Positions 27,575-36,317 of a DNA stretch of 64,000 bases are shown here, piece after piece. Within the stretch, counting starts at the first letter, position 1; every line of letters begins with the position of its first letter. The stretch spans positions 133,968 to 197,967 of the forward strand of contig CAUQKG010000001.1 in assembly GCA_963518805.1 (NCBI GenBank), written 5' to 3'. Below the pieces are notes generated by a model. It was given only the letters and a program-made list of their open reading frames with translations. It was not told the DNA's origin and did no database searches. The translations under genes and the position numbers were made by a program. This DNA is from an uncultured Candidatus Saccharimonas sp. Lineage in GTDB: Bacteria; Patescibacteriota; Saccharimonadia; Saccharimonadales; Saccharimonadaceae.

Positions 27575-28547
27575 TGTCGGTTGTTCCTGCATTTTTAAAA
27601 TTAATTAAATTCTCGGTTGACATTTTTACCATATTTTGCACGGCAACATCTGTATTAAACGCAACGTGTGGAGTAATAATAACATTCGGAAAGTTCGCTA
27701 AATCGCGATAAACAGCATCCTTAATAATTTTTCCGCTCAAATCTTTTCGAATTAGATTCTTTTCATGCTCAAAAACATCAAGGCCGGCTGCTGCAACTTT
27801 TCCGCTCACCAAAGCATCTCGCAAATCTTTAGAATTAATGTGTCCACCGCGCGCAGTGTTAATAATGACCACTCCATCTTTCATTTTCGAAATGCTTTCT
27901 GCGTTAATAATATGGCGATTTTCTGGTGTTAGAGGAATATGAAGTGAAATTAAATCACTTTCCGCAAAAACTTCATCTAAACTTTTATATTCCAAAATTT
28001 CACGAGCGGCATCATTTTCGAAAGTGTCATAAGCAATTATTTTTGCACCAAAAGCTTTAAAAGCCTTTGCGGTTGTTAGGCCAATATGACCCACACCAAT
28101 AATTCCAATCGTCATCGTATTAAGCTCACGACCCATCAAATTATCTACCGAAAAGTTCTGATTTTTGGCACGCGAAAGACAAAGTGGGATTTTTCTAATT
28201 GTTGCTAGCGCTAATACAACAGCAAATTCAGCAATTGCACTTGGCGAATATTGCGGTACGTTCGAAATTTTAATACCGAAACTTTTAGCTTTTTCAAGAT
28301 CAATTCCATCAAACCCAGCCGTTCGAACGGTAAAATAAGAAATTCCCATCTTCGAAAGAGTTTCCCAGACATCGTTAAGTTCTTCACTTGAAGTATAAGA
28401 TGAAACCGCATCAAAACCTTCAGCTAGTTTTACAGTTTCGGCGTTTAAATCTTTTGGAGTTGTAGCATATTCAATACCAAACTGCTCCGCGAATTTTTCG
28501 AAATATTGGAGCTCATCTTTTCGTACACTATAAGCAATAATTTTCAT
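27558..28547 (-). CDS. ldhA: D-lactate / D-2-hydroxyacid dehydrogenase
   Basis: RTAGFD.ID, NVP.YSP.AIAE, GIIGVGHIG, INTARGG, GLDVFE.E, TPHVAF.T. Confidence 0.85.
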   Translation of the reverse strand: MKIIAYSVRKDELQYFEKFAEQFGIEYATTPKDLNAETVKLAEGFDAVSSYTSSEELNDVWETLSKMGISYFTVRTAGFDGIDLEKAKSFGIKISNVPQYSPSAIAEFAVVLALATIRKIPLCLSRAKNQNFSVDNLMGRELNTMTIGIIGVGHIGLTTAKAFKAFGAKIIAYDTFENDAAREILEYKSLDEVFAESDLISLHIPLTPENRHIINAESISKMKDGVVIINTARGGHINSKDLRDALVSGKVAAAGLDVFEHEKNLIRKDLSGKIIKDAVYRDLANFPNVIITPHVAFNTDVAVQNMVKMSTENLINFKNAGTTDNEITK

Positions 28548-28591
28548 ATATCAATTATAATGCTTATACTTGTTTTTTTCAAGAGCTGAGA

Positions 28592-29842
28592 TTATTTTAC
28601 GAATTTTTCAAAAAGTTCTTCTCTTGAAAGCAATTCACCCTCACCATTTGCACGTACTGCAACTTCAAATTTTCCGCTTTCAAGTAAACGATCAGAAATT
28701 GTCAATCGATATGGAATGCCCATTAATTCGGCGTCGGCAAATTTTTGGCCTGGGCGGAGATTGCGGTCGTCAAACAGAACCTCAATTCCCTTTTTCGAAA
28801 ATTCATTATAAATTTCTTCTGCTAATTCTTGCGATTTTTCACCGATTTGCACAAGATAAATTTTTGCTGGAGCAATATTTTCTGGCCAAATTAAACCTTT
28901 TTCATCACTAAATTTTTCAGCAATGACACCCATCACGCGAGTGATTCCAATTCCGTAAGATCCCATCCAGGCTGATTTTCGTTCACCATTTTTGTCAGTG
29001 AAATAAAGCCCCATTTCATCAGTTTTTTGCGTGCCAAAGTTAAAAATATTTCCAACTTCTGCAGTTTTAACCTTTTCCAATCCTTCTTTCGAACTAATTT
29101 CACCTTCTTCAATCGCTTGGTCTAAAATTTCTTCATTGAAAGCGAGAGTTTTTTCGCCATCGCGCTTCAAATAAATATAATCTTCACCGGCATCACAAAT
29201 TGTTTGAAATTCGTGGCTGAATTTTGTAAATGCTCCGCCACTAGCAAATGTCACAAAAGTATCTTCACCCAAACCGAGGCGTTCGAAAATTCGTTCATAT
29301 GCTTTTGAAACTTTAGCGTAATATGCTTCCAAATCTTCTTTAGTCTCATGAATTGAATACAAATCTTTCATCAAAAATTCGCGACCGCGCATAATTCCAC
29401 TTTTCGCACGGAGCTCGTTTCGCATTTTATTTTGGAATTGAAAAACCGAAACTGGCAAATCTTTATAAGATTGAATATGATTCTTAAGCATTTCAACAAT
29501 TGGCTCTTCATGACTCCAACCTAATCCAATCTCTGTCTTATCTTTCAGATTGGTTTTAAACCAAACATCCACAACATCATCATTCCAGCGAGTTGTGCGT
29601 TCCCAAATTTCACGGCGTTGAAGCGTCGTCATCAAAATCTCATTTGCGTCGATTTTTTCAAGCTCTTCGCGCACAATTTTTTTAATATTTTCTAGCACCT
29701 TAAAACCAAGTGGTAAATAATCATAAGCACCCGCCATTTCTTTATGAACAAACCCAGCTTTAATTAAAAGTTGCGCATTCTTAGCTTCTTCACCAGATGG
29801 AATCGTTTTACTCGTTTTTGTATATAATTTTGATAATCGCAT
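28592..29842 (-). CDS. proS: Proline--tRNA ligase (short bacterial type, no full editing insertion)
   Basis: MRLSKLY, SHEE, FQ.K.RNE.R..SG.MRGREF.MKD.YS, EVGNIF.FG, MGSYGIG.TR, GQKFADAEL.GIP. Confidence 0.96.
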   Translation of the reverse strand: MRLSKLYTKTSKTIPSGEEAKNAQLLIKAGFVHKEMAGAYDYLPLGFKVLENIKKIVREELEKIDANEILMTTLQRREIWERTTRWNDDVVDVWFKTNLKDKTEIGLGWSHEEPIVEMLKNHIQSYKDLPVSVFQFQNKMRNELRAKSGIMRGREFLMKDLYSIHETKEDLEAYYAKVSKAYERIFERLGLGEDTFVTFASGGAFTKFSHEFQTICDAGEDYIYLKRDGEKTLAFNEEILDQAIEEGEISSKEGLEKVKTAEVGNIFNFGTQKTDEMGLYFTDKNGERKSAWMGSYGIGITRVMGVIAEKFSDEKGLIWPENIAPAKIYLVQIGEKSQELAEEIYNEFSKKGIEVLFDDRNLRPGQKFADAELMGIPYRLTISDRLLESGKFEVAVRANGEGELLSREELFEKFVK

Positions 29843-29899
29843 AAAATCTCCTTTTCGAAAAATAAAACTCGGCTGAATTGGCCAACCGAGCTTTAAAAA

Positions 29900-30361
29900 T
29901 TAGTTAATTTCTGTAATTTCGTATTTGATTACACCTTTTGGCGTCGTAATATCTACTTCTTCGCCGAGCTTTTTGCCCATAATCTGTTGACCGATTGGTG
30001 ATTCATTCGAAATCTTACCCTCAAGGGGGTTTGCCTCAACCGCACCAACCATTGTATATTTTACCTCTTTACCGTTTTCTAGGTTTTTTAAGCTAACTTG
30101 ATTCCCAAGAGATACAACACCCTTTTCACCACTACCAATAATCACAGCATTTTGCAAAATGTTTTCAATTTCCATAATTCGAGATTCTGCTAAAGCTTGT
30201 TTTTTGCGAGCGGCATCATATTCTGAATTTTCACGCAAATCACCAAAATCACGTGCAGTAGCAACTTCTTCTGAAATTTCTTTACGTCGCGAAATCAAAA
30301 GCTCTAGTTCAGCTTCGAGTTCTTTTTTTCCTTTTTTTGTAATATTAAATTCTTGTTTCAT
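29900..30361 (-). CDS. greA: Transcription elongation factor GreA
   Basis: ARDFGDLRENSEYDAA, KISNESPIG. Confidence 0.97.
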   Translation of the reverse strand: MKQEFNITKKGKKELEAELELLISRRKEISEEVATARDFGDLRENSEYDAARKKQALAESRIMEIENILQNAVIIGSGEKGVVSLGNQVSLKNLENGKEVKYTMVGAVEANPLEGKISNESPIGQQIMGKKLGEEVDITTPKGVIKYEITEIN

Positions 30362-30422
30362 AAAATAAAAATCCTCTAAATAAGTCTTATAATTATATCA
30401 AAGTTTTCAATTCAAGTCAACG

Positions 30423-31229
30423 CTAAGCTTGAAAGAATTGAATAGTTTGCAAAACATAAAGCAGAAAGAAAGCAATCCCATTTTTAATCATATGGATCAC
30501 AATCCCCGACCAAATTGTTTGCGTCCATTTTTCGCGAATAAAGCACACTACAACGCTCATCACAAACACCGTTATACCAACATTCATTTGAAAATGTACG
30601 AATCCAAAAAGTAAACTTGTTATAAAAATTGCTAGCGGAACATTCACTTTTCGAAGTTGGCCATAAATTATTCCATGAAAGATTAGCTCTTCAAAGACCG
30701 GCGTAATTACAACAACTGAAATAAAAGCTAGCAAAAATTGCCAAGAATGAATCATCCCGCTGCGTTGAAAAACTAAATCTTGAACTTGCAATTTATCAAA
30801 ATTAAGAATATTCGGCAAAAATTCTAACAAAACGCCAGAAACAATCATCGAGGCTACAAAGCCTAAAATTGCCAAACCTAAATCTTGCCAAGTAATCACA
30901 CCCTTTAAAGCGATATCATCTTTCGAAATCTTCTGCTTAAAAAGTTTGGTCGGAATAAAATACACCATCATAAGCATTAATCCAAGAAATAATGCTGAAT
31001 AAATAGTAGTAGTAATCGTGTTTGAAGCTGCACTTTGATAGCCTACATCATTATTCCAAAAAATTAAAGCGAGTGAAAGTCGAATTATTACAGCTGAAAA
31101 ATAACTTGCCGCAAAATATGACAAAATTGGCAGAATTATCCAAAAAATAATTTTTAAAGGCTTTTTCGAAAGTATTTCTTCATTCTTTTTTTGAAGTTTT
31201 AAAAATATATTTTTAAATTTATTCTTCAT
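30423..31229 (-). CDS. CPBP (CAAX/Abi) intramembrane glutamic endopeptidase
   Basis: P.FEELIFHG, LLFGFVH, IVIHM..N motifs; multiple TM helices. Confidence 0.85.
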   Translation of the reverse strand: MKNKFKNIFLKLQKKNEEILSKKPLKIIFWIILPILSYFAASYFSAVIIRLSLALIFWNNDVGYQSAASNTITTTIYSALFLGLMLMMVYFIPTKLFKQKISKDDIALKGVITWQDLGLAILGFVASMIVSGVLLEFLPNILNFDKLQVQDLVFQRSGMIHSWQFLLAFISVVVITPVFEELIFHGIIYGQLRKVNVPLAIFITSLLFGFVHFQMNVGITVFVMSVVVCFIREKWTQTIWSGIVIHMIKNGIAFFLLYVLQTIQFFQA

Positions 31230-31231
31230 TT

Positions 31232-32410
31232 TTAACCTCTAAAAATCTTCGTAAAATCTAGAAAAATAATTAAAAGTGAAATCCCCATCAAAAATATAAA
31301 ACTCCAGCCGTTAATATTTTCTTCAGTCTCTTTCGAGAGTGGCTTTTTGAGCAAAATTCGAAAAATGAAAGTCATTAGCCAACGACCACCATCAAGCACA
31401 GGAATTGGCAAAACGTTCATACATGCCAAACTAATTGAAATAATTGCAGTTAGCATTAAGACCATATCAGGCCCCATCGAGATGATGTTTGGGAAGATTT
31501 CACCAATCACTAAAATTGGGCCAGAAACACTTTCACCTGCTTTTGAAAGTTGAGAATTTGCTTTCTGCTGTGATTGCTGATTCGGAATTAGCTTTTCGAA
31601 AACCCCGCCAAAAAAGTTCATAAAAAGTTCGCCAACACCTTTAAAAGTTTCACCCGTAAATTGAATTGTTGTGCCAAGCCCAACAATCGGTGCACTCCAA
31701 GTTGCATGAATTTTTTGCATCCCATCGGTCAAAAATGCACCCAAAAAACCATTCTTATTATTTTCGTTTAGCTTAACATCTTTTGAAAAAAAATGATCGC
31801 CACGCTGAATTTTTAAATTCACACTTTTACCAGCATTACTACGTAAATCTTCTTTAACGGTGGTAGAATTATCAACTTTTTTACCATTAAATTCCAAAAT
31901 TATATCATTTTTTTGCAAGCCAGCTTTTTGTGCAGGCGAATCATTCGAAATCTGTGAAACCTGCGCACCACCACCAGAAATTCTAATATCAGAACCTAAA
32001 TAAAACTGATTCGAAATTAACTTTGGCATTCCAAAAATCGACAGGATCGTAAAAATAACAAAAGCAACTAGCCAATTCATTGCAACACCGGCAAATAAAA
32101 TTTGAGTTTTTGCCCAAAAACTTGCCGCACCATAATCACCTTTTTTAGAATCTGAATCGTGTTCCCCTTTCAACCGAACAAAACCACCTAATGGAATCGC
32201 ACCGATCGAAATTTTTGTGTTTTTTGGTAGAATTTTGTTAGTTTTTGCTCTAAAACTTTTAATTCTTGGCGGAAAACCGATTGCGTATTCTTTAAGTTTT
32301 ACACCGTTTTTCTTAGCCGCAAGCGCGTGACCAAGTTCATGTATTGCAACTAAAAAAGTTAGCGAAATTAGACCAATAATTATCCCAAAAACTAAATTCA
32401 AAATCTCCAT
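31232..32410 (-). CDS. rseP: RseP/RasP M50 intramembrane zinc protease with PDZ domain
   Basis: IHELGH, IPLGGFV, AGVAMN, PDZ domain, NVLPIPVLDGG. Confidence 0.94.
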   Translation of the reverse strand: MEILNLVFGIIIGLISLTFLVAIHELGHALAAKKNGVKLKEYAIGFPPRIKSFRAKTNKILPKNTKISIGAIPLGGFVRLKGEHDSDSKKGDYGAASFWAKTQILFAGVAMNWLVAFVIFTILSIFGMPKLISNQFYLGSDIRISGGGAQVSQISNDSPAQKAGLQKNDIILEFNGKKVDNSTTVKEDLRSNAGKSVNLKIQRGDHFFSKDVKLNENNKNGFLGAFLTDGMQKIHATWSAPIVGLGTTIQFTGETFKGVGELFMNFFGGVFEKLIPNQQSQQKANSQLSKAGESVSGPILVIGEIFPNIISMGPDMVLMLTAIISISLACMNVLPIPVLDGGRWLMTFIFRILLKKPLSKETEENINGWSFIFLMGISLLIIFLDFTKIFRG

Positions 32411-32476
32411 CCTGCCCTTTCGAAATTATTTAAATTAGCTTTTGCCGACGTTTTTAAAGCGCCAGCAAAAAATAAT

Positions 32477-33031
32477 TTAAATTGTGAGAATTTCTTTCTC
32501 TTTTTCTTTAAAAATTACATCAATTTGTGCGCTAAAATCTTTAATTTCAGCGTCAATTTCTTTTTCAATTCGCTTTAAATCGTCTTCAGTTAAAGATTTT
32601 TCATCTTTAAGTTTTTTGGCATGTTTTAAAGCATCTTGGCGAATATTTCGAAGCGTAATTTTTGCGCCTTCAACTTTTTCTGAAGTTTGTTTTACGATTT
32701 GCTTACGACGCTCCTCTGTTAGTGGCGGAACTGGCACTCGAACAACTCGGCCGTCATCGCTTGGATTGAATCCAAGGCTTTGATCGTTACGAATTGCAGC
32801 CGAAATTGCTGAAATATTATTCGCGTCAAATGGCGTAATTAAGATCATCCCCGCCTCTGGTGCAGTCATATTCGAAACTTGATTTAATGGCATTTTCGTG
32901 CCATAAACTTCAACCATAACACTATCAAGCATTGAAGGATGTGCTCGACCCGTTCGAACCTTCTTCATTTCACCCTTAAAATGCTCAACGGCTTCAGTCA
33001 TTTTTAATTTAAATTCATCTGTATCAAACAT
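32477..33031 (-). CDS. frr: Ribosome recycling factor
   Basis: KVRTGRAHPSMLD, P.LTEERRK, RNIRQDA. Confidence 0.97.
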   Translation of the reverse strand: MFDTDEFKLKMTEAVEHFKGEMKKVRTGRAHPSMLDSVMVEVYGTKMPLNQVSNMTAPEAGMILITPFDANNISAISAAIRNDQSLGFNPSDDGRVVRVPVPPLTEERRKQIVKQTSEKVEGAKITLRNIRQDALKHAKKLKDEKSLTEDDLKRIEKEIDAEIKDFSAQIDVIFKEKEKEILTI

Positions 33032-33068
33032 AGCCCCATTATATCATACATTATCATTATTATTCAAA

Positions 33069-33097
33069 TTGACTTTTAAGAGTTTTTATGCTATAAT
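33069..33097 (+). promoter_or_regulatory. Consensus sigma70 promoter of an orphan gene
   Basis: TTGACT-17-TATAAT with an extended TG. Confidence 0.75.
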
Positions 33098-33148
33098 ACT
33101 AATTATAGCTTTTCAGAAAGCTAAAAAATAAAAAGGAGGTACCAATAA

Positions 33149-33499
33149 ATGGTACTAGTATCGGTCGCCTTAACCGAATCAACGCTTATCAACACTAATC
33201 TGCAACTTGATAGTTTTATCCTACCGTACAATCCAACAACTGAAGAATCTGTTCGAATAAGTATTCGAAAGTTCCTCAAAAAGCTAAACGAGGGAGACAA
33301 GCTTCTCGTTTTCGCTGATAAGCGATACGATAAGCTTAAATACTTGACCGTATTAAAAGAAGAATGTGATAAAGTAGGAATTAAACTAAACATTTCGCTT
33401 TATCGTAAGGACAAAAACTGTCATAGTGAATACTATAAAAAATGGTATTTCCGAGAAATGGATATAAACAACCTATATAAAGAGTATATGCAGGCTTGA
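33149..33499 (+). CDS. Hypothetical 116-aa protein
   Basis: Own promoter, AAAGGAGG RBS and downstream terminator. Confidence 0.75.
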   Translation: MVLVSVALTESTLINTNLQLDSFILPYNPTTEESVRISIRKFLKKLNEGDKLLVFADKRYDKLKYLTVLKEECDKVGIKLNISLYRKDKNCHSEYYKKWYFREMDINNLYKEYMQA

Positions 33500-33518
33500 T
33501 AGGCAGTACATTTAATTC

Positions 33519-33543
33519 CCCCGCAATAAACTGCGGGGTTTTT
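33519..33543 (+). terminator. Intrinsic terminator
   Basis: CCCCGCA-ataaac-TGCGGGG-TTTTT. Confidence 0.8.
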
Positions 33544-33648
33544 ATTGATTAAAAATATAAAAAATGTCATAATATTAAAACTTCTCGCTTTTCGAAAATA
33601 AAAAATACTGAAATTCTTTCAAATCTTCAATCTCGCTACGGCGAGATT

Positions 33649-33846
33649 TTATTCTTCTTGTGCAAAATTTTTACTCAAAATTTGAATTTCATTTTTAAGT
33701 GAATCAAGTTCTCCCTCGAGTTTTTCGGCTTTCGAAATCGCTTCTTTATATTTTTCAAAAACCTCTTCAAGAGGAATTTCGCCACTTTCAATTTTTATTA
33801 GAATCTCATCAATTTCAGCCATTTTTTTACTAATTTCGTTCGACAT
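33649..33846 (-). CDS. xseB: Exodeoxyribonuclease VII small subunit
   Basis: IDEIL.KIESGEIPLEE....YKEA; coupled to xseA. Confidence 0.88.
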   Translation of the reverse strand: MSNEISKKMAEIDEILIKIESGEIPLEEVFEKYKEAISKAEKLEGELDSLKNEIQILSKNFAQEE

Positions 33847-34975
33847 TTTTTACCTCCGCCGTTATTTTTTTATCAATTGTTTGAATCGTAATTTCTTCAC
33901 CAGCCGCTAATTTTCCGCTCACTAAAACATAGCCTTTTGAAAGTATATTTTGTGGATTGTAGCTTTCTAAAATTCGCTTTTTAGCTTGAATTTCTCTTTG
34001 CTGTTCAAAAATATTATTTAAAATTAAATCTTTCATTTTATAAATCTTTTGATGGTTTTCAATTTTTAACTCATCAATCTTCGAAAGAATAAAATCGTTT
34101 GTGTGCAAAATTTTTGAACATAAAAATCTCATTTCGTCAAATTTATTCGGTGCTAAAAATTGCGCAACATTACTCGGTGTTGAAGCCGCAAAATCTGCCG
34201 CTAAATCACACAGACTTTCATCAATTTCGTGGCCAATTCCTGTAATGACTGGCACGCGAGAAGCAGCGATCGCACGAACTAATTTTTCGTCATTAAAAAC
34301 CGCCAAATCATCGGCACTTCCACCACCACGAATAATAGCAATCACATCCGGCAATTCACTTTGTGAATTAAAAAAACCAATCGCTCGAATAATCTGGTCG
34401 CTCGCAGAAATTCCCTGCACCTGCGTATTTGCAACAGTAATTTCTAACCCACCCCAACGCTCATTAATAATCTTAATAAAATCAGCATAACCCGCTGCCT
34501 GAATGCTCGAAATCACCGCAATTTTTTGAGGATTTCGCGGAATTTCACGCTTGTGGCTTTCATCAAATAAGCCCTCTTTTGTTAACTTTTCCTTTAAAAT
34601 TTCGAAAGATTTTTTTAGACTCCCTTCACCTTTTGGTATGATTTTTTCAATTGTTAGGCTGAATTTTCCCCAATTTGTGAGTTTTGGCTTTGCTTGCGCA
34701 ACGACCTTCATTCCATCTTCGAGCGGAAATCGCATTTGCCAAACCGTCATAAAGCAACCAAGAACCGAGTCTTCATCTTTCAAATCAAAAAAAACGAACT
34801 TGTTGTGATTCACCTTAAAGCTTGAAATTTCACCTTCAATCAGAACGCTCGGAAAACTCTTTTCGAAAATATCATTGCTAGTTGCAATAAAATCTGAAAC
34901 GCTATAAATTACCTCGTGCGGTTGAGGTTTTTTTATTTCAAAATTTAACAACTCTTCAAATTCATCAAAATCCAT
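33830..34975 (-). CDS. xseA: Exodeoxyribonuclease VII large subunit
   Basis: EGEISSFK, FFDLKD, IIRGGGS.DDL.VFN.E, TGIGHE.D..L.DLAAD..ASTPS. Confidence 0.95.
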   Translation of the reverse strand: MDFDEFEELLNFEIKKPQPHEVIYSVSDFIATSNDIFEKSFPSVLIEGEISSFKVNHNKFVFFDLKDEDSVLGCFMTVWQMRFPLEDGMKVVAQAKPKLTNWGKFSLTIEKIIPKGEGSLKKSFEILKEKLTKEGLFDESHKREIPRNPQKIAVISSIQAAGYADFIKIINERWGGLEITVANTQVQGISASDQIIRAIGFFNSQSELPDVIAIIRGGGSADDLAVFNDEKLVRAIAASRVPVITGIGHEIDESLCDLAADFAASTPSNVAQFLAPNKFDEMRFLCSKILHTNDFILSKIDELKIENHQKIYKMKDLILNNIFEQQREIQAKKRILESYNPQNILSKGYVLVSGKLAAGEEITIQTIDKKITAEVKNVERN

Positions 34976-35027
34976 ATAAAACTATTATAGCACATTTTAA
35001 GCATAAAAAATAACCGCCTTGAAGCGA

Positions 35028-36317
35028 TTATTTTTCGAATATTTTAGAAAATTCCTGATTCAATTCTTGAATTTGTGATTTTTCACCACCAGAAACTGCG
35101 CCCAAGATCCAAGTATTTGCATTAATAAATTCTTTCGCAACTTTAAAAATTTGTTCGCGAGAAATCTGCTTAATAAATTTTGGCTGAGATTTATAATCTC
35201 GAAGATGTCCATCCCAAAAATATCGAGAAGCATAAAATCCTGCCGTTGAAGCTACCGTTTGCCCGCCCATTTGAAACGAACCAAGAGAATAGCTTTTCAT
35301 AGCGTCAAGCTCTTCTTCGGTAATTTCTTCATTTAGAACCTTTTTAAGCTCTGAAACAATTAATTCAAAAAGCTCTTTAGCGGTTCCATAATTAGTTTGC
35401 CCTTCAAAATCCCAAGAAGAATCTTTTGGGCCACGTGAAGCACCAGAATAAATACCATAAGTTAAACCACGTTTGCGAGCTTGGCCAAGGATTCGAGCGT
35501 GCATTGTACCAGTTAAAATATGATTCAAAGCGTGCATTGCGTCCATTTCAGATGTTGTGAGTTTTCGTGGAAGCAAAAGCGAAATACCAAAACTTATGTT
35601 TTTCAAATCTGGGCGATGAATAAAAATTGGTTCTTTCGGTTTTTTCATTTCATCAGTAATGATTTCGAAACGCTCGCCTCTTTCAAGCGGTAAATTTTCA
35701 AAGCCTTCAAGAATTTTATTTTTTCGAGTTGGTGTGATTTTTCCAGCAATCACAAAACGCAGATTATCGGTTGTGTGTGTGCGTTTATGATGCTCGCAAA
35801 TATCCTCAAGCGTGATATTATCAATCGTTTTAAGCCGCTCTTCATAAGTTAAAACCTTTTCACCAAATTCCTGCTGAATTTTTGGCCAAAGAAGACGCGC
35901 ATTATTATTCAAATAGCCTGTAAGCTCATTTCGAACATTCCCCTTTTCAGCTTTAAACTCAAATTCATTAAATTTAGGCTGGCTAATCGATAGGAGTTGA
36001 AGTTCAAAAATCCTATCCCACTCAAAATCGGCACAATCTGCCACATAGTTCATACTCATATCTGAAGTTGAAGCGTTGTGATAAGCGCCATTCTTAGTGA
36101 ATTCAGCTTCAAATTCATGTTCACTGGCAAATTTTGCATTTGCACCAAAAGCCATATGTTCCATAATATGAGCGGTTTCGTAAATTTTTGGACTTTTTGT
36201 ATAACGCGAACCAGCCCGAAATTGAAATTGAAAACTCATCACCGTTGCATCTGGAACATTTACAAGAAGGCCACGTACGCCATTTTTCAGACGTACTTCT
36301 TCAACGGTGTGCCGCAT
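35028..36317 (-). CDS. M16 (pitrilysin/insulinase) zinc peptidase
   Basis: Inverted zinc motif AHIMEHM; NAST; R.RGLTY. Confidence 0.9.
   Translation of the reverse strand: MRHTVEEVRLKNGVRGLLVNVPDATVMSFQFQFRAGSRYTKSPKIYETAHIMEHMAFGANAKFASEHEFEAEFTKNGAYHNASTSDMSMNYVADCADFEWDRIFELQLLSISQPKFNEFEFKAEKGNVRNELTGYLNNNARLLWPKIQQEFGEKVLTYEERLKTIDNITLEDICEHHKRTHTTDNLRFVIAGKITPTRKNKILEGFENLPLERGERFEIITDEMKKPKEPIFIHRPDLKNISFGISLLLPRKLTTSEMDAMHALNHILTGTMHARILGQARKRGLTYGIYSGASRGPKDSSWDFEGQTNYGTAKELFELIVSELKKVLNEEITEEELDAMKSYSLGSFQMGGQTVASTAGFYASRYFWDGHLRDYKSQPKFIKQISREQIFKVAKEFINANTWILGAVSGGEKSQIQELNQEFSKIFEK

Noticed and set aside
33149..33499. Membership of the 42398/43192 domain family (SIRKFLKKLNEGD resembles KIRDFFAGLSDQD)
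   Set aside because: Similarity is limited to one amphipathic helix; the IE.PI and LF..V motifs are absent.
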